Of a stretch of DNA of 64,000 nt, positions 42,344 through 56,488 are shown one piece after another (the first letter of the stretch is position 1; the number at the start of each line of letters is the position of its first letter). Position numbers and translations under genes: made by a program. The notes beneath the pieces are model-generated. The model was not told where the DNA came from and searched no databases. It saw only the letters and a list, made by a program, of their open reading frames with translations. Source of the stretch: the human T2T-CHM13v2.0 reference genome, Homo sapiens; the NCBI RefSeq assembly GCF_009914755.1, contig NC_060948.1. The stretch is one strand, 5' to 3'.

Positions 42344-45300
42344 TCCAATGGAATAGAATCTAATGCAATAAAATCGACTCAAATAGAGTAGAATGTAATG
42401 GAATGGAGTGCAGTGCAATGGAATGGAATGGAATGGAATGCAATGGAATGGAATGGAATGGAATGGAATGAGATGGAATGGTATGGAATGGATAGTAATG
42501 GACTGGAGTGAAATGGACTGGAAAAGAATGGACTCAAATTGAAAGGGCTCGAAAGGAATGGAGTCAAATGGAATGGTCTGGAATGGAATGAACACGAATG
42601 TAATGCAATCCAATGGAATGGAATCGAATGGCATGGAATATAAAGAAATGGAATCGAAGAGAATGGAAACAAATGGAATGGAATTGAATGGAATGGAATT
42701 GAATGGAATGGGAACGAATGGAGTGAAATTGTATGCAGTAGAAGAGAATAGAATGGAATGCAAGCGAAAGGAAAGGAATGGATTGGAATGGAATGGAATT
42801 CATTGGAATGGAAGGGAATGTAGTGTAATGGACAGGCCTGGAATAAAGTGGAATGCTACGGTCTCGAATGGAATAAAAATGTATGGAATGGAATGCAATG
42901 AAACGGAATCGAATGTCATAGAATGTAATGGAATGCAAAAAAATGGACTCCAAAATCATTGACTGGAAAGGCTGGGTGTCGAAAGGAATTGACTCCAATG
43001 GAATGGAAGTGAATAGAATGGAACTAAATCGAATGGAATGGAATTGATAGGAACGGAATGGAAAGGAATGCAATGATTTGGCATGGAATGGAATCGAATG
43101 GCATCGAATGGAATGGAATGGAATGCAATGGAATGGAATGTATTAGAATGTAATGAACTTTAATGGAATGTACTCGAATGGATTCGACTGGAATGGAATG
43201 TTCTCGAAGTGAATGGACTCCAATGGAATGGATTCGAAAGGAATGGAATCTAATGGAATGGAATTAAATGGAAATGAATCAAATTGAATAGAACGGAATT
43301 GAATTGAATGGAATCGAATGCAATGGAATCTAATGAAACGGAAAGGAAAGGAATGGAATGGATTGGAATGGAATGGGCTGGAATGGAATGGAATCGAAAC
43401 GAATGGAATGGAATCGAACTGAAGAGACTGGAATGGAATGCACTGGAATGGAAGGGAATGTAATGGAAGGTTCTCGAAAAAAATGGAATCGAAAGGAATG
43501 GAATTGAATGGAACGGAATAGAGTCGAATGGAATTCAATGGAATGGAATGGACTAGAGTGAAATGGAATCGAACCACAAGGAATGGACAGGAATAGAATG
43601 GTCTCGAATTGAATGGAATCGTATGGAATGGCATCAAACGGAATGGAATGGACAGCCACGGAATGGAATGGACACCCACGGAATGGAATGCACTCGAATG
43701 CAATGGAGTCGACACTAATGGACTGGAATAGAATGGACTCGACTGGTACGGACTCCAATGGAATGGAATCGAATGGAAGGGAATCGAACGGAATGGACTC
43801 GAAGGGAAAAGACTGCAATGGAAAGGTCTCGAATGGAATGGAAATTAATGGAATGGAATGGAATCGAATGAAATGGAGTCAAAAGGAATGGAATCGAATG
43901 GCAAGAAATCGAATGTAATGGAATCGCAAGGAATGGATGTGAACGGAACGGAATGGAATGGAATCCAAAGGAATGGAATAGAATGGAATGGAATCGAATG
44001 GAAAGGACTCGAATGGAAATCACTCGAATAGAATGCAATTTAATAAAATAGGATCAAATGTAATGGAATGGAATGGAAAGGAATCGAAACGAAAGGAATG
44101 GAGACAGATGGAATGGAATGGAACAGAGAGCAATGGTATAGAATGGAATGGAATCATCTGGAATGGAATTGAATGGAATGGAATAATATGAAATGGAATG
44201 GAATGGAATGGAATGCCCTTGAATTAAATGGACTGGAATGGAATGGACTCGAACAGAGTGGAATGGAAAGTGTTGAAATAGAATGGAATGGACTCGTTTG
44301 GAATGGTCTAGTATGCAATGCAATCGACTGGCAGGGAATCAAAAGGAATGTAATCGAATGGATTGGACTGGAATGCAATGGACTCGAATAGATTGGAAAC
44401 GGAAAGCAAAGGAATGGAATGGAATAGTATGGAATGGAATGGAAAGGAATGGAGTGGAATAGACTAGAGTGGAATGGAATGGACTGGAAAGCAATGGACT
44501 GGAATGGAACTTTCTTGAATGGACTGGAATCAAACGGAATGGAATGCAATGCAATCAAATGGCATGGAATAAAATAGAATGAAAGAGAATCAAATGGAAT
44601 TGAATCGAATGGAATCGAATGGATTGGAAAGGAATAGAATGGAATGGAACGGAATTGACTCAAATGGAATGGACTAGAATGGAATGGATTCGAATGGAAG
44701 GCAAAGGAATGGAATCTATTGGAATGGACTGTAATGGAATGGAATGGAAGGGATTGGAATGGACTCGAATGGAATGGACTGCCATAGAAAGGATTCGAAT
44801 GGAATGAAAAAGAATTGAATGGAATAGAACAGAATGGAATCAAATCGAATGAAATGGAATGGAATAGAAAGGAATGGAGTGAAATGGAATGGAAAGGATT
44901 CGAATGGAATGCAATCGAATGGAATGCAATCGAATGGAATGGAATCGAACGGAATGGAATAAAATGGAAGAAAATTGGCAAGAAATGGAATCGAAATGAA
45001 CGGAGTGTTATGGAACGGACTCAAAAGGAATTGAATGTAATAGAATGGAGTGGAGTGGACTCGAATATAATGGACTGGAATGGAATGAAATCACATGGAA
45101 TGGGAACGAATGGAATGGAATGGAAAGGAATGGAATCGAATGGAAAGGAATCGAATGGAAGGGAATGAAATTGAATCAACAGGAATGGAAGGGAGTAGAA
45201 TAGACGGTAATGGAATGGACTCGAATAGAATGGACACGAATGCTCAAATTGAATGGACTCGAATGGAATGGAAACGAAAGGAATGTCATCGAATGGAATT

Positions 45301-45882
45301 GAATCGATTGGAATGAAATCACATAGAATGGAGTGGAATCAAATGGAATTGAATCGAAAGGAAAGGAAGCGAATGGACTGAAATGAAATGGAATGGAATT
45401 GAATGGAAATTAATGCAATGGAATAGAATGGAACGAAATTTCACGGAATGGAATCAAACTGAATGGAATCAAATCAATGGAATATAATCAAATGGAATGG
45501 AAAGGAATTGAATGGAGTAGATTGGATTGGATGGGATTGGAATGAAATGTACTGGAAAGGACTCGAATTTCATGAAACGGAATGGAATGAATTAGAACGG
45601 AATGGACTCGAATGGAATGGAATGTCATGGAATGGCATCAAATGGAATGGAATCGAATGCGATGGAATGCTATGGAATGGAATGGAATGCATTGGAATGG
45701 AATGTCCTCTAATGGAATGTATTCGAGTGGAATGGAATCGAATATAATGGAGTCTAATGAAATGGAATTGAAAGGAATGGGACCGAATACAATGGAATAT
45801 ACTGGAATGTAATGTAATGAACTCGAATGTAATTGACTGGAATGGAATGTACATGAATGGAATGTAATCGAATGGAAAGCAA
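42344..45882 (+). repeat. DYZ1 unit U13 (3539 bp)
   Basis: Anchor at 42344. Private 15-bp deletion near 43000. Confidence 0.92.
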
Positions 45883-48800
45883 TCCAATGGAATAGAATCT
45901 AATGCAATAAAATCGACTCAAATAGAGTAGAATGTAATGGAATGGAGTGCAGTGCAATGGAATGGAATGGAATGGAATGCAATGGAATGGAATGGAATGG
46001 GATGGAATGGTATGGAATGGATAGTAATGGACTGGAGTGAAATGGACTGGAAAAGAATGGACTCAAATTGAAAGGGCTCGAAAGGAATGGAGTCAAATGG
46101 AATGGTCTGGAATGGAATGAACACGAATGTAATGCAATCCAATAGAATGGAATCGAATGGCATGGAATATAAAGAAATGGAATCGAAGAGAATGGAAACA
46201 AATGGAATGGAATTGAATGGAATGGAATTGAATGGAATGGGAACGAATGGAGTGAAATTGTATGCAGTAGAAGAGAATAGAATGGAATGCAAGCGAAAGG
46301 AAAGGAATGGATTGGAATGGAATGGAATTCATTGGAATGGAAGGGAATGTAGTGTAATGGACAGGCCTGGAATAAAGTGGAATGCTACGGTCTCGAATGG
46401 AATAAAAATGTATGGAATGGAATGCAATGAAACGGAATCGAATGTCATAGAATGTAATGGAATGCAAAAAAATGGACTCCAAAATCATTGACTGGAAAGG
46501 CTGGGTGTCGAAAGGAATTGACTCCAATGGAATGGAATCGAATGGAATGGAAGTGAATAGAATGGAACTAAATCGAATGGAATGGAATTGATAGGAACGG
46601 AATGGAAAGGAATGCAATGATTTGGCATGGAATGGAATCGAATGGCATCGAATGGAATGGAATGGAATGCAATGGAATGGAATGTATTAGAATGTAATGA
46701 ACTTTAATGGAATGTACTCGAATGGATTCGACTGGAATGGAATGTTCTTGAAGTGAATGGACTCCAATGGAATGGATTCGAAAGGAATGGAATCTAATGG
46801 AATGGAATTAAATGGAAATGAATCAAATTGAATAGAACGGAATTGAATTGAATGGAATCGAATGCAATGGAATCTAATGAAACGGAAAGGAAAGGAATGG
46901 AATGGAATGGAATGGGCTGGAATGGAAAGGAATCGAAACGAATGGAATGGAATCGAACTGAAGAGACTGGAATGGAATGCACTGGAATGGAAGGGAATGT
47001 AATGGAAGGTTCTCGAAAAAAATGGAATCGAAAGGAATGGAATTGAATGGAACGGAATAGAGTCGAATGGAATTCAATGGAATGGAATGGACTAGAGTGA
47101 AATGGAATCGAACCACAAGGAATGGACAGGAATAGAATGGTCTCGAATTGAATGGAATCGTATGGAATGGCATCAAACGGAATGGAATGGACAGCCACGG
47201 AATGGAATGCACTCGAATGCAATGGAGTCGACACTAATGGACTGGAATAGAATGGACTCGACTGGTACGGACTCCAATGGAATGGAATCGAATGGAAGGG
47301 AATGGAACGGAATGCACTCGAAGGGAAAAGACTGCAATGGAAAGGTCTCGAATGGAATGGAAATTATTGGAATGGAATGGAATCGAATGAAATTGAGTCA
47401 AAAGGAATGGAATCGAATGGCAAGAAATCGAATGTAATGGAATCGCAAGGAATTGATGTGAACGGAACGGAATCGAATGGAATCCAAAGGAATGGAATAG
47501 AATGGAATGGAATCGAATGGAAAGGACTCGAATGGAAATCACTCGAATAGAATGCAATTTAATAATATAGGATCAAATGTAATGGAATGGAATGGAAAGG
47601 AATCGAAACGAAAGGAATGGAGACAGATGGAATGGAATGGAACAGAGAGCAATGGTATAGAATGGAATGGAATCATCTGGAATGGAATTGAATGGAATGG
47701 AATAATATGAAATGGAATGGAATGGAATGGAATGCCCTTGAATTAAATGGACTGGAATGGAATGGACTCAAACAGAGTGGAATGGAAAGTGTTGAAATAG
47801 AATGGAATGGACTCGTTTGGAATGGTCTAGTATGCAATGCAATCGACTGGCAGGGAATCAAGAGGAATGTAATCGAATGGATTGGACTGGAATGCAATGG
47901 ACTCGAATAGATTGGACACGGAATGCAAACTAATGGAATGGAATAGTATGGAATGGAATGGAAAGGAATGGAGTGGAATAGACTAGAGTGGAATGGAATG
48001 GACTCGAAAGCAATGGACTGGAATGGAACTTTCTTGAATGGACTGGAATCAAACGGAATGGAATGCAATGTAATCAAATGGCATGGAATAAAATAGAATG
48101 AAAGAGAATCAAATGGAATTGAATCGAATGGAATCGAATGGATTGGAAAGGAATAGAATGGAATGGAATGGAATTGACTCAAATGGAATGGACTAGAATG
48201 GAATGGATTCGAATGGAAGGCAAAGGAATGGAATCTATTGGAATGGACTGTAATGGAATGGAATGGAAGGGATTGGAATGGACTCGAATGGAATGGACTG
48301 CAATAGAAAGGATTCGAATGGAATGAAAAAGAATTGAATGGAATAGAACAGAATGGAATCAAATCGAATGAAATGGAATGGAAGAGAAAGGAATGGAATG
48401 AAATGGAATGGAAAGGATTCGAATGGAATGCAATCGAATGGAATGCAATCGAATGGAATGGAATCGAACGGAATGGAATAAAATGGAAGAAAACTGGCAA
48501 GAAATGGAATCGAAATGAATGGAGTGTTATGGAACGGACTCAAAAGGAATTGAATGTAATAGAATGGAGTGGAGTGGACTCGAATATAATGGACTGGAAT
48601 GGAATGAAATCACATGGAATGGGAACGAATGGAATGGAATGGAAAGGAATGGAATGGAAAGGAATGGAATCGAATGGAAAGGAATCGAATGGAAGGGAAT
48701 GAAATTGAATCAACAGGAATGGAAGGAAGTAGAATAGACGGTAATGGAATGGACTCGAATAGAATGGACACGAATGCTCAAATTGAATGGACTCGAATGG

Positions 48801-49431
48801 AATGGAAACGAAAGGAATGTCGTCGAATGGAATTGAATCGATTGGAATGAAATCGCATAGAATGGAGTGGAATCAAATGGAATTGAATCGAAAGGAAAGG
48901 AAGCGAATGGTCTGAAATGAAATGGAATGGAATTGAATGGAAAGTAATGCAAGGGAATAGAATGGAACGAAATTTCACGGAATGGAATCAAACTGAATGG
49001 AATCAAATCAATGGAATATAATCAAATGGCATGGAAAGGAATTGAATGGAGTAGATTGGATTGGATGGGATTGGAATGAAATGTACTGGAAAGGACTCGA
49101 ATTTCATGAAATGGAATGGAATGAACTGGAACGGAATGGACTCGAATGGAATGGAATGTCATGGAATGGCATCAAATGGAATGGCATCAAATGGAATGGA
49201 ATCGAATGCAATGGAATGCTATGGAATGGAATGGAATGCATTGGAATGGAATGTCCCCTAATGGAATGGATTCGAGTGGAATGGAATCGAATATAATGGA
49301 GTCGAATGAAATGGAATTGAAAGGAAAGGGATCGAATACAATGGAATATACTGGAATGTAATGTAATGAACTCGAATGTAATTGACTAGAATGGAATGTA
49401 CATGAATGGAATGTAATCGAATGGAAAATAA
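45883..49431 (+). repeat. DYZ1 unit U14 (3549 bp)
   Basis: Anchor at 45883. Lacks the 20-bp duplication; many private variants after ~47300. Confidence 0.92.
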
Positions 49432-52400
49432 TCTCATGGAATAGAATCTAATGCAATAAAATCGACTCAAATAGAATAGAATGGAATGGAGTGGAGTGCA
49501 GTGCAATGGAATGGAATGGAATGGAATGCAATGGAATGGAATGGAATGGGATGGAATGGTATGGGATGGATAGAAATGGACTGGAGTGAAATGGACTGGA
49601 AAGTAATGGACTCAAATTGAAAGAGCTCGAAAGAATGGAGTCAAATGGAATGGTCTGGAATGGAATGAACACGAATGTAATGCAATCCAATAGAATGGAA
49701 TCGAATGGCATGGAATATAAAGAAATGGAATCGAAGAGAATGGAAACGAATGGAATGGAATTGAATGGAATGGAATTGAATGGAATGGGAACGAATGGAG
49801 TGAAATTGTATGCAGTAGAAGAGAATAGAATGGAATGCAAGCGAAATTAAAGGAATGGATTGGAATGGAATGGAATTCATTGGAATGGAAGGTAATGTAT
49901 TGCAATGGACAGGCCTTTAATAAAGTGGAATGCTACGGTCTCGAATGGAATAAAAATGTATGGAATGGAATTCAATGAAACGGAATCGAATGTCATAGAA
50001 TGTAATGGAATGCAAAAAAATGGAATCCAAAATCATTGACTGGAAAGGCTGGGTGTCGAAAGGAATTGACTCCAATGGAATGAAATCGAATGGAATGGAA
50101 GTGAATAGAATGGAACTAAATCGAATGGAATGGAATTCATAGGAACGGAATGGAAAGGAATGCAATGATTTGGCATGGAATGGAATCGAATGGCATCGAA
50201 TGGAATGGAATGGAATGCAATGGAATGGAATGTATTAGAATGTAATGAACTTTAATGGAATGTACTCGAATGGATTCGACTGGAATGGAATGTTCTCGAA
50301 GTGAATGGACTCCAATGGAATGGATTCGAAAGGAATGGAATCTAATGGAATGGAATTAAATGGAAATGAATCAAATTGAATAGAACGGAATTGAATTGAA
50401 TGGAATCGAATGCAATGGAATCTAATGAAACGGAAAGGAAAGGAATGGAATGGATTGGAATGGAATGGGCTGGAATGGAATGGAATCGAAACGAATGGAA
50501 TGGAATCGAACTGAAGAGACTGGAATGGAATGCACTGGAATGGAAGGGAATGTAATGGAAGGTTCTCGAAAAAAATGGAATCGAAAGGAATGGAATTGAA
50601 TGGAACGGAATAGAGTCGAATGGAATTCAATGGAATGGAATGGACTAGAGTGAAATGGAATCGAACCACAAGGAATGGACAGGAATAGAATGGTCTCGAA
50701 TTGAATGGAATCGTATGGAATGGCATCAATCAGAATGGAATGGACAGCCACGGAATGGAATGGACACCCACGGAATGGAATGCACTCGAATGCAATGGAG
50801 TCGAAACTAATGGACTGGAATAGAATGGACTCGACTGGTACGGACTCCAATGGAATGGAATCGAATGGAAGGGAATCGAACGGAATGGACTCGAAGGGAA
50901 AAGACTGCAATGGAAAGGTCTCGAATGGAATGGAAATTAATGGAATGGAACGGAATCGAATGAAATGGAGTCAAAAGGAATGGAATCGAATGGCAAGAAA
51001 TCGAATGCAATGGAATCGCAAGGAATTGATGTGAACGGAACGGAATGGAATGGAATCCAAAGGAATGGAATAGAATGGAATGGAATCGAATGGAAAGGAC
51101 TCGAATGGAAATCACTCGAACAGAATGCAATTTAATAAAATAGGATCAAATGTAATGGAATGGAATGGAAAGGAATCGAAACGAAAGGAATGGAGACAGA
51201 TGGAATGGAATGGAACAGAGAGCAAAGGTATAGAATGGAATGGAATCATCTGGAATGGAATTGAATGGAATGGAATAATATGAAATGGAATGGAATGGAA
51301 TGGAATGCCCTTGAATTAAATGGACTGGAATGGAATGGACTCAAACAGAGTGGAATGGAAAGTGTGGATATAGAATGGAATGGACTCCTTTGGAATGGTG
51401 TAGTATGCAATGCAATCGACTGGCAGGGAATCAAAAGGAATGTAATGGAATGGATTGGACTGGAATGCAATGGACTCGAATAGATTGGAAACGGAATGCA
51501 AAGGAATGGAATGGAATAGTATGGAATGGAATGGAAAGGAATGGAGTGGAATAGACTAGAGTGGAATGGAATGGACTGGAAAGCAATGGACTGGAATGGA
51601 ACTTTCTTGAATGGACTGGAATCAAACGGAATGGAATGCAATGCAATCAAATGGCATAGAATAAGATAGAATGAAAGAGAATCAAATGGAATTGAATGGA
51701 ATGGAATCGAATGGATTGGAAAGGAATAGAATGGAATGGAATGGAATTGACTCAAATGGAATGGACTAGAATGGAATGGATTCGAATGGAAGGCAAAGGA
51801 ATGGAATCTATTGGAATGGACTGTAATGGAATGCAATGGAAGGGATTGGAATGGACTCGAATGGAATGGACTGCAATAGAAAGGATACGAATGGAATGAA
51901 AAAGAATTGAATGGAATAGAACAGAATGGAAACAAATCGAATGAAATGGAATGGAATAGAAAGGAATGGAATGAAATGGAATGGAAAGGATTCGAATGGA
52001 ATGCAAACGAATGGAATGGAATCGAACGGAATGGAATAAAATGGAAGAAAACTGGCAAGAAATGGAATCGAAATGAATGGAGTGTTATGGAAGGGACTCA
52101 AAAGGAATTGAATGTAATAGAATGGAGTGGAGTGGACTCGAATATAATGGACTTGAATGGAATGAAATCACATGGAATGGGAACGAATGGAATGGAATGG
52201 AAAGGAATGGAATCGAATGGAAAGGAATCGAATGGAAGGGAATGAAATTGAACCAACAGGAATGGAAGGGAATAGAATAGACGGTAATGGAATGGACTCG
52301 AATAGAATGGACACGAATGCTCAAATTGAATGGACTCGAATGGAATGGAAACGAAAGGAATGTCATCGAATGGAATTGAATCGATTGGAATGAAATCGCA

Positions 52401-52974
52401 TAGAATGGAGTGGAATCAAATGGAATTGAATCGAAAGGAAAGGAAGCGAATGGACTGAAATGAAATGGAATGGAATTGAATGGAAAGTAATGCAATGGAA
52501 TAGAATGGAACGAAATTTCACGGAATGGAATCAAACTGAATGGAATCAAATCAATGGAATCTAATCAAATGGAATGGAAAGGAATTGAATGGAGTAGATT
52601 GGATTGGATGGGATTGGAATGAAATGTACTGGAAAGGACTCGAATTTCATGAAACGGAATGGAATGAATTGGAACGGAATGGACTCGAATGGAATGGAAT
52701 GTCATGGAATGGCATCAAATGGAATGGCATCAAATGGAATGGAATCGAATGCAATGGAATGCTATGGAATGGAATGGAATGCATTGGAATGGAATGTCCT
52801 CTAATGGAATGGATTCGAGTGGAATGGAATCGAATATAATGGAGTCGAATGAAATGGAATTGAAAAGAATGGGATCGAATACAATGGAATATACTGGAAT
52901 GTAATGTAATGAACTCGAATGTAATTGACTGGAATGGAATGTATATGAATGGAATGTAATCGAATGGAAAGTAA
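49432..52974 (+). repeat. DYZ1 unit U15 (3543 bp; diverged, mosaic)
   Basis: Degenerate anchor TCTCATGGAATAGAATCTAAT at 49432. Private variants GAGCTCGAAAGAAT, GCGAAATTAA, GGCCTTTAAT. Confidence 0.9.
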
Positions 52975-55900
52975 TCCAATGGAATAGAATCTAATGCAAT
53001 AAAATCGACTCAGATAGAGTAGAATGTAATGGAATGGAGTGCAGTGCAATGGAATGGAATGGAATGGAATGCAATGGAATGGAATGGAATGGGATGGAAT
53101 GGTATGGAATGGATAGTAATGGACTGGAGTGAAATGGACTGGAAAGGAATGGACTCAAATTGAAAGGGCTCGAAAGGAATGGAGACAAATGGTATGGTCT
53201 GGAATGGAATGAACACGAATGTAATGCAATCCAATAGAATAGAGTCGAATGGCATGGAATATAAAGAAATGGAATCGAAGAGAATAGAAACAAATGGAAT
53301 GGAATTGAATGGAATGGAATTGAGTGGAATGGGAACGAATGGAGTGAAATTGTATGCAGTAGAAGAGAATAGAATGGAATGCAAGCGAAAGGAAAGGAAT
53401 GGATTGGAATGGAATGGAATTCATTGGAATGGAAGGGAATGTAGTGTAATGGACAGGCCTGGAATAAAGTGGAATGCTACGGTCTCGAGTGGAATAAAAA
53501 TGTATGGATTGGAATGCAATGAAACGGAATCGAATGTCATAGAATGTAATGGAATGCAAAAAAATGGAATCCGAAATCATTGACTGGAAAGGCTGGGTGT
53601 CGAAAGGAATTGACTCCAATGGAATGGAATCGAATGGAATGGAAGTGAATAGAATCGAACTAAATCGAATGGAATGGAATTGATAGGAACGGAATGGAAA
53701 GGAATGCAATGATTTGGCATGGAATGGAATCGAATGGCATCGAATGGAATGGAATGGAATGCAATGGAATGGAATGTATTAGAATGTAATGAACTTTAAT
53801 GGAATGTACTCGAAAGGATTTGACTGGAATGGAATGTTCTGGAAGTGAATGGACTCCAATGGAATGGATTCGAAAGGAATGGAATCGTACGGAATGGAAT
53901 CTAATGGAATGGAATTAAATGGAAATGAATCAAATTGAATAGCACGGAATTGAATTGAATGGAATGGAATGCAATGGAATCTAATGAAACGGAAAGGAAA
54001 GGAATGCCATGGAATGGAATGGGCTGGAATGGAAAGGAATCGAAACGAATGGAATGGAATCGAACTGAAGAGACTGGAATGGAATGCACTGGAATGGAAG
54101 GGAGTGTAATGGAAGGTTCTCGAAAAAAATGGAATCGAATGGAATGGAATTGAGTGGAACGGAATAGAGTCGAATGGAATTGAATGGAATGGAATGGACT
54201 AGAGTGAAATGGAATCGAACCACAAGGAATGGACAGGAATAGAATGGTCTCGAACTGAATGGAATCGTATGGAATGGCATCAAACGGAATGGAATGGACA
54301 GCCACGGAATGGAATGCACTCGAATGCAATGGAGTCGAAACTAATGGACTGGAATAGAATGGACTCGACTGGTACGGACTCCAATGGAATGGAATCGAAT
54401 GGAAGGGAATCGAACGGAATGGACTCAAAGGGAAAAGACTGCAATGGAACGGTCTCGAATGGAATGGAAATTAATGGAATGGAATGGAATCGAATGAAAT
54501 GGAGTCAAAAGGAATGGAATCGAATGGCAAGAAATCGAATGTAATGGAATCGCAAGGAATTGATATGAACGGAACGGAATGGAATGGAATCCAAAGGAAT
54601 GGAATAGAATGGAATGGAATCGAATGGAAAGGACTCGAATGGAAATCACTCGAATAGAATGCAATTTAATAAAATAGGATCAAATGTAATGGAATGGAAT
54701 GGAAAGGAATCGAAACGAAAGGAATGGAGACAGATGGAATGGAATGGAACAGATAGCAATGGTATACAATGGAATGGAATCATCTGGAATGGAATTGAAT
54801 GGAATGCAATAATATGAAATGGAATGGAATGGAATGGAATGGAATGCCCTTGAATTAAATGGACTGGACTCGAACAGAGTGGAATGGAAAGTGTTGAGAT
54901 AGAATGGAATGGACTCCTTTGGAATGGTCTAGTATGCAATGCAATCGACTGGCAGGGAATCAAAAGGAATGTAATGGAATGGATTGGACTGGAATGCAAT
55001 GGACTCGAATAGATTGGAAACGGAATGCAAAGGAATGGAATGGAATAGTATGGAATGGAATGGAAAGGAATGGAGTGGAATAGACTAGAGTGGAATGGAA
55101 TGGACTGGAAAGCAATGGACTGGAATGAAACTTTCTTGAATGGACTGGAATCAAACGGAATGGAATGCAATGCAATCAAATGGCATGGAATAAGATAGAA
55201 TGAAAGAGAATCAAATGGAATTGAATCGAATGGAATCGAATGGATTGGAAAGGAATAGAATGGAATGGAATGGAATTGACTCAAATGGAATGGACTAGAA
55301 TGGAATGGATTCGAATGGAAGGCAAAGGAATGGAATCTATTGGAATGGACTGTAATGGAATGGAATGGAAGGGATTGGAATGGACTCGAATGGAATGGAC
55401 TGCAATAGAAAGGATTCGAATGGAATGAAAAAGAATTGAATGGAATAGAACAGAATGGAATCAAATCGAATGAAATGGAATGGAATAGAAAGGAATGGAA
55501 TGAAATGGAATGGAAAGGATTCGAATGGAATGGAATCGAATGGAATGGAATCGAACGGAATGGAATAAAATGGAAGAAAACTGGCAAGAAATGGAATCGA
55601 AATGAATGGAGTGTTATGGAACGGACTCAAAAGGAATTGAATGTAATAGAATGGAGTGGAGTGGACTCGAATATAATGGACTGGAATGGAATGAAATCAC
55701 ATGGAATGGGAACGAATGGAATGGAATGGAAAGGAATGGAATCGAATGGAAAGGAATCGAACGGAAGGGAATGAAATTGAATCAACAGGAATGGAAGGGA
55801 ATAGAATAGACTGTAATGGAATGGACACGAATAGAATGGACACGAATGCTCAAATTGAATGGACTCGAATGGAATGGAAAGGAAAGGAAAGTCATCGAAT

Positions 55901-56488
55901 GGAATTGAATCGATTGGAATGAAATCGCATAGAATGGAGTGGAATCAAATGGAATTGAATCGAAAGGAAAGGAAGCGAATGGACTGAAATGAAATGGAAT
56001 GGAATTGAATGGAAAGTAATGCAATGGAATAGAATGGAACGAAATTTCACGGAATGGAATCAAACTGAATGGAATCAAATCAATGGAATATAATCAAATG
56101 GAATGGAAAGGAATTGAATGGAGTAGATTGGATTGGATGGGATTGGAATGAAATGTACTGGAAAGGACTCGAATTTCATGAAACGGAATGGAATGAATTA
56201 GAACGGAATGGACTCGAATGGAATGGAATGTCATGGAATGGCATCAAATGGAATGGAATCGAATGCGATGGAATGCTATGGAATGGAATGGAATGCATTG
56301 GAATGGAATGTCCTCTAATGGAATGTATTCGAGTGGAATGGAATCGAATATAATGGAGTCTAATGAAATGGAATTGAAAGGAATGGGACCGAATACAATG
56401 GAATATACTGGAATGTAATGTAATGAACTCGAATGTAATTGACTGGAATGGAATGTACATGAATGGAATGTAATCGAATGGAAAGCAA
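52975..56488 (+). repeat. DYZ1 unit U16 (3514 bp; diverged)
   Basis: Anchor at 52975. Private 15-bp insertion GGAATCGTACGGAAT near 53881 and other private SNPs. Confidence 0.9.

Noticed and set aside
52557-52567. DUX4-like motif GAATCTAATCA (U15, U18) and AAATTGAATCA (most units)
   Set aside because: Each mismatches the first T of the TAAY..AATCA consensus, and near matches are expected by chance in this composition.
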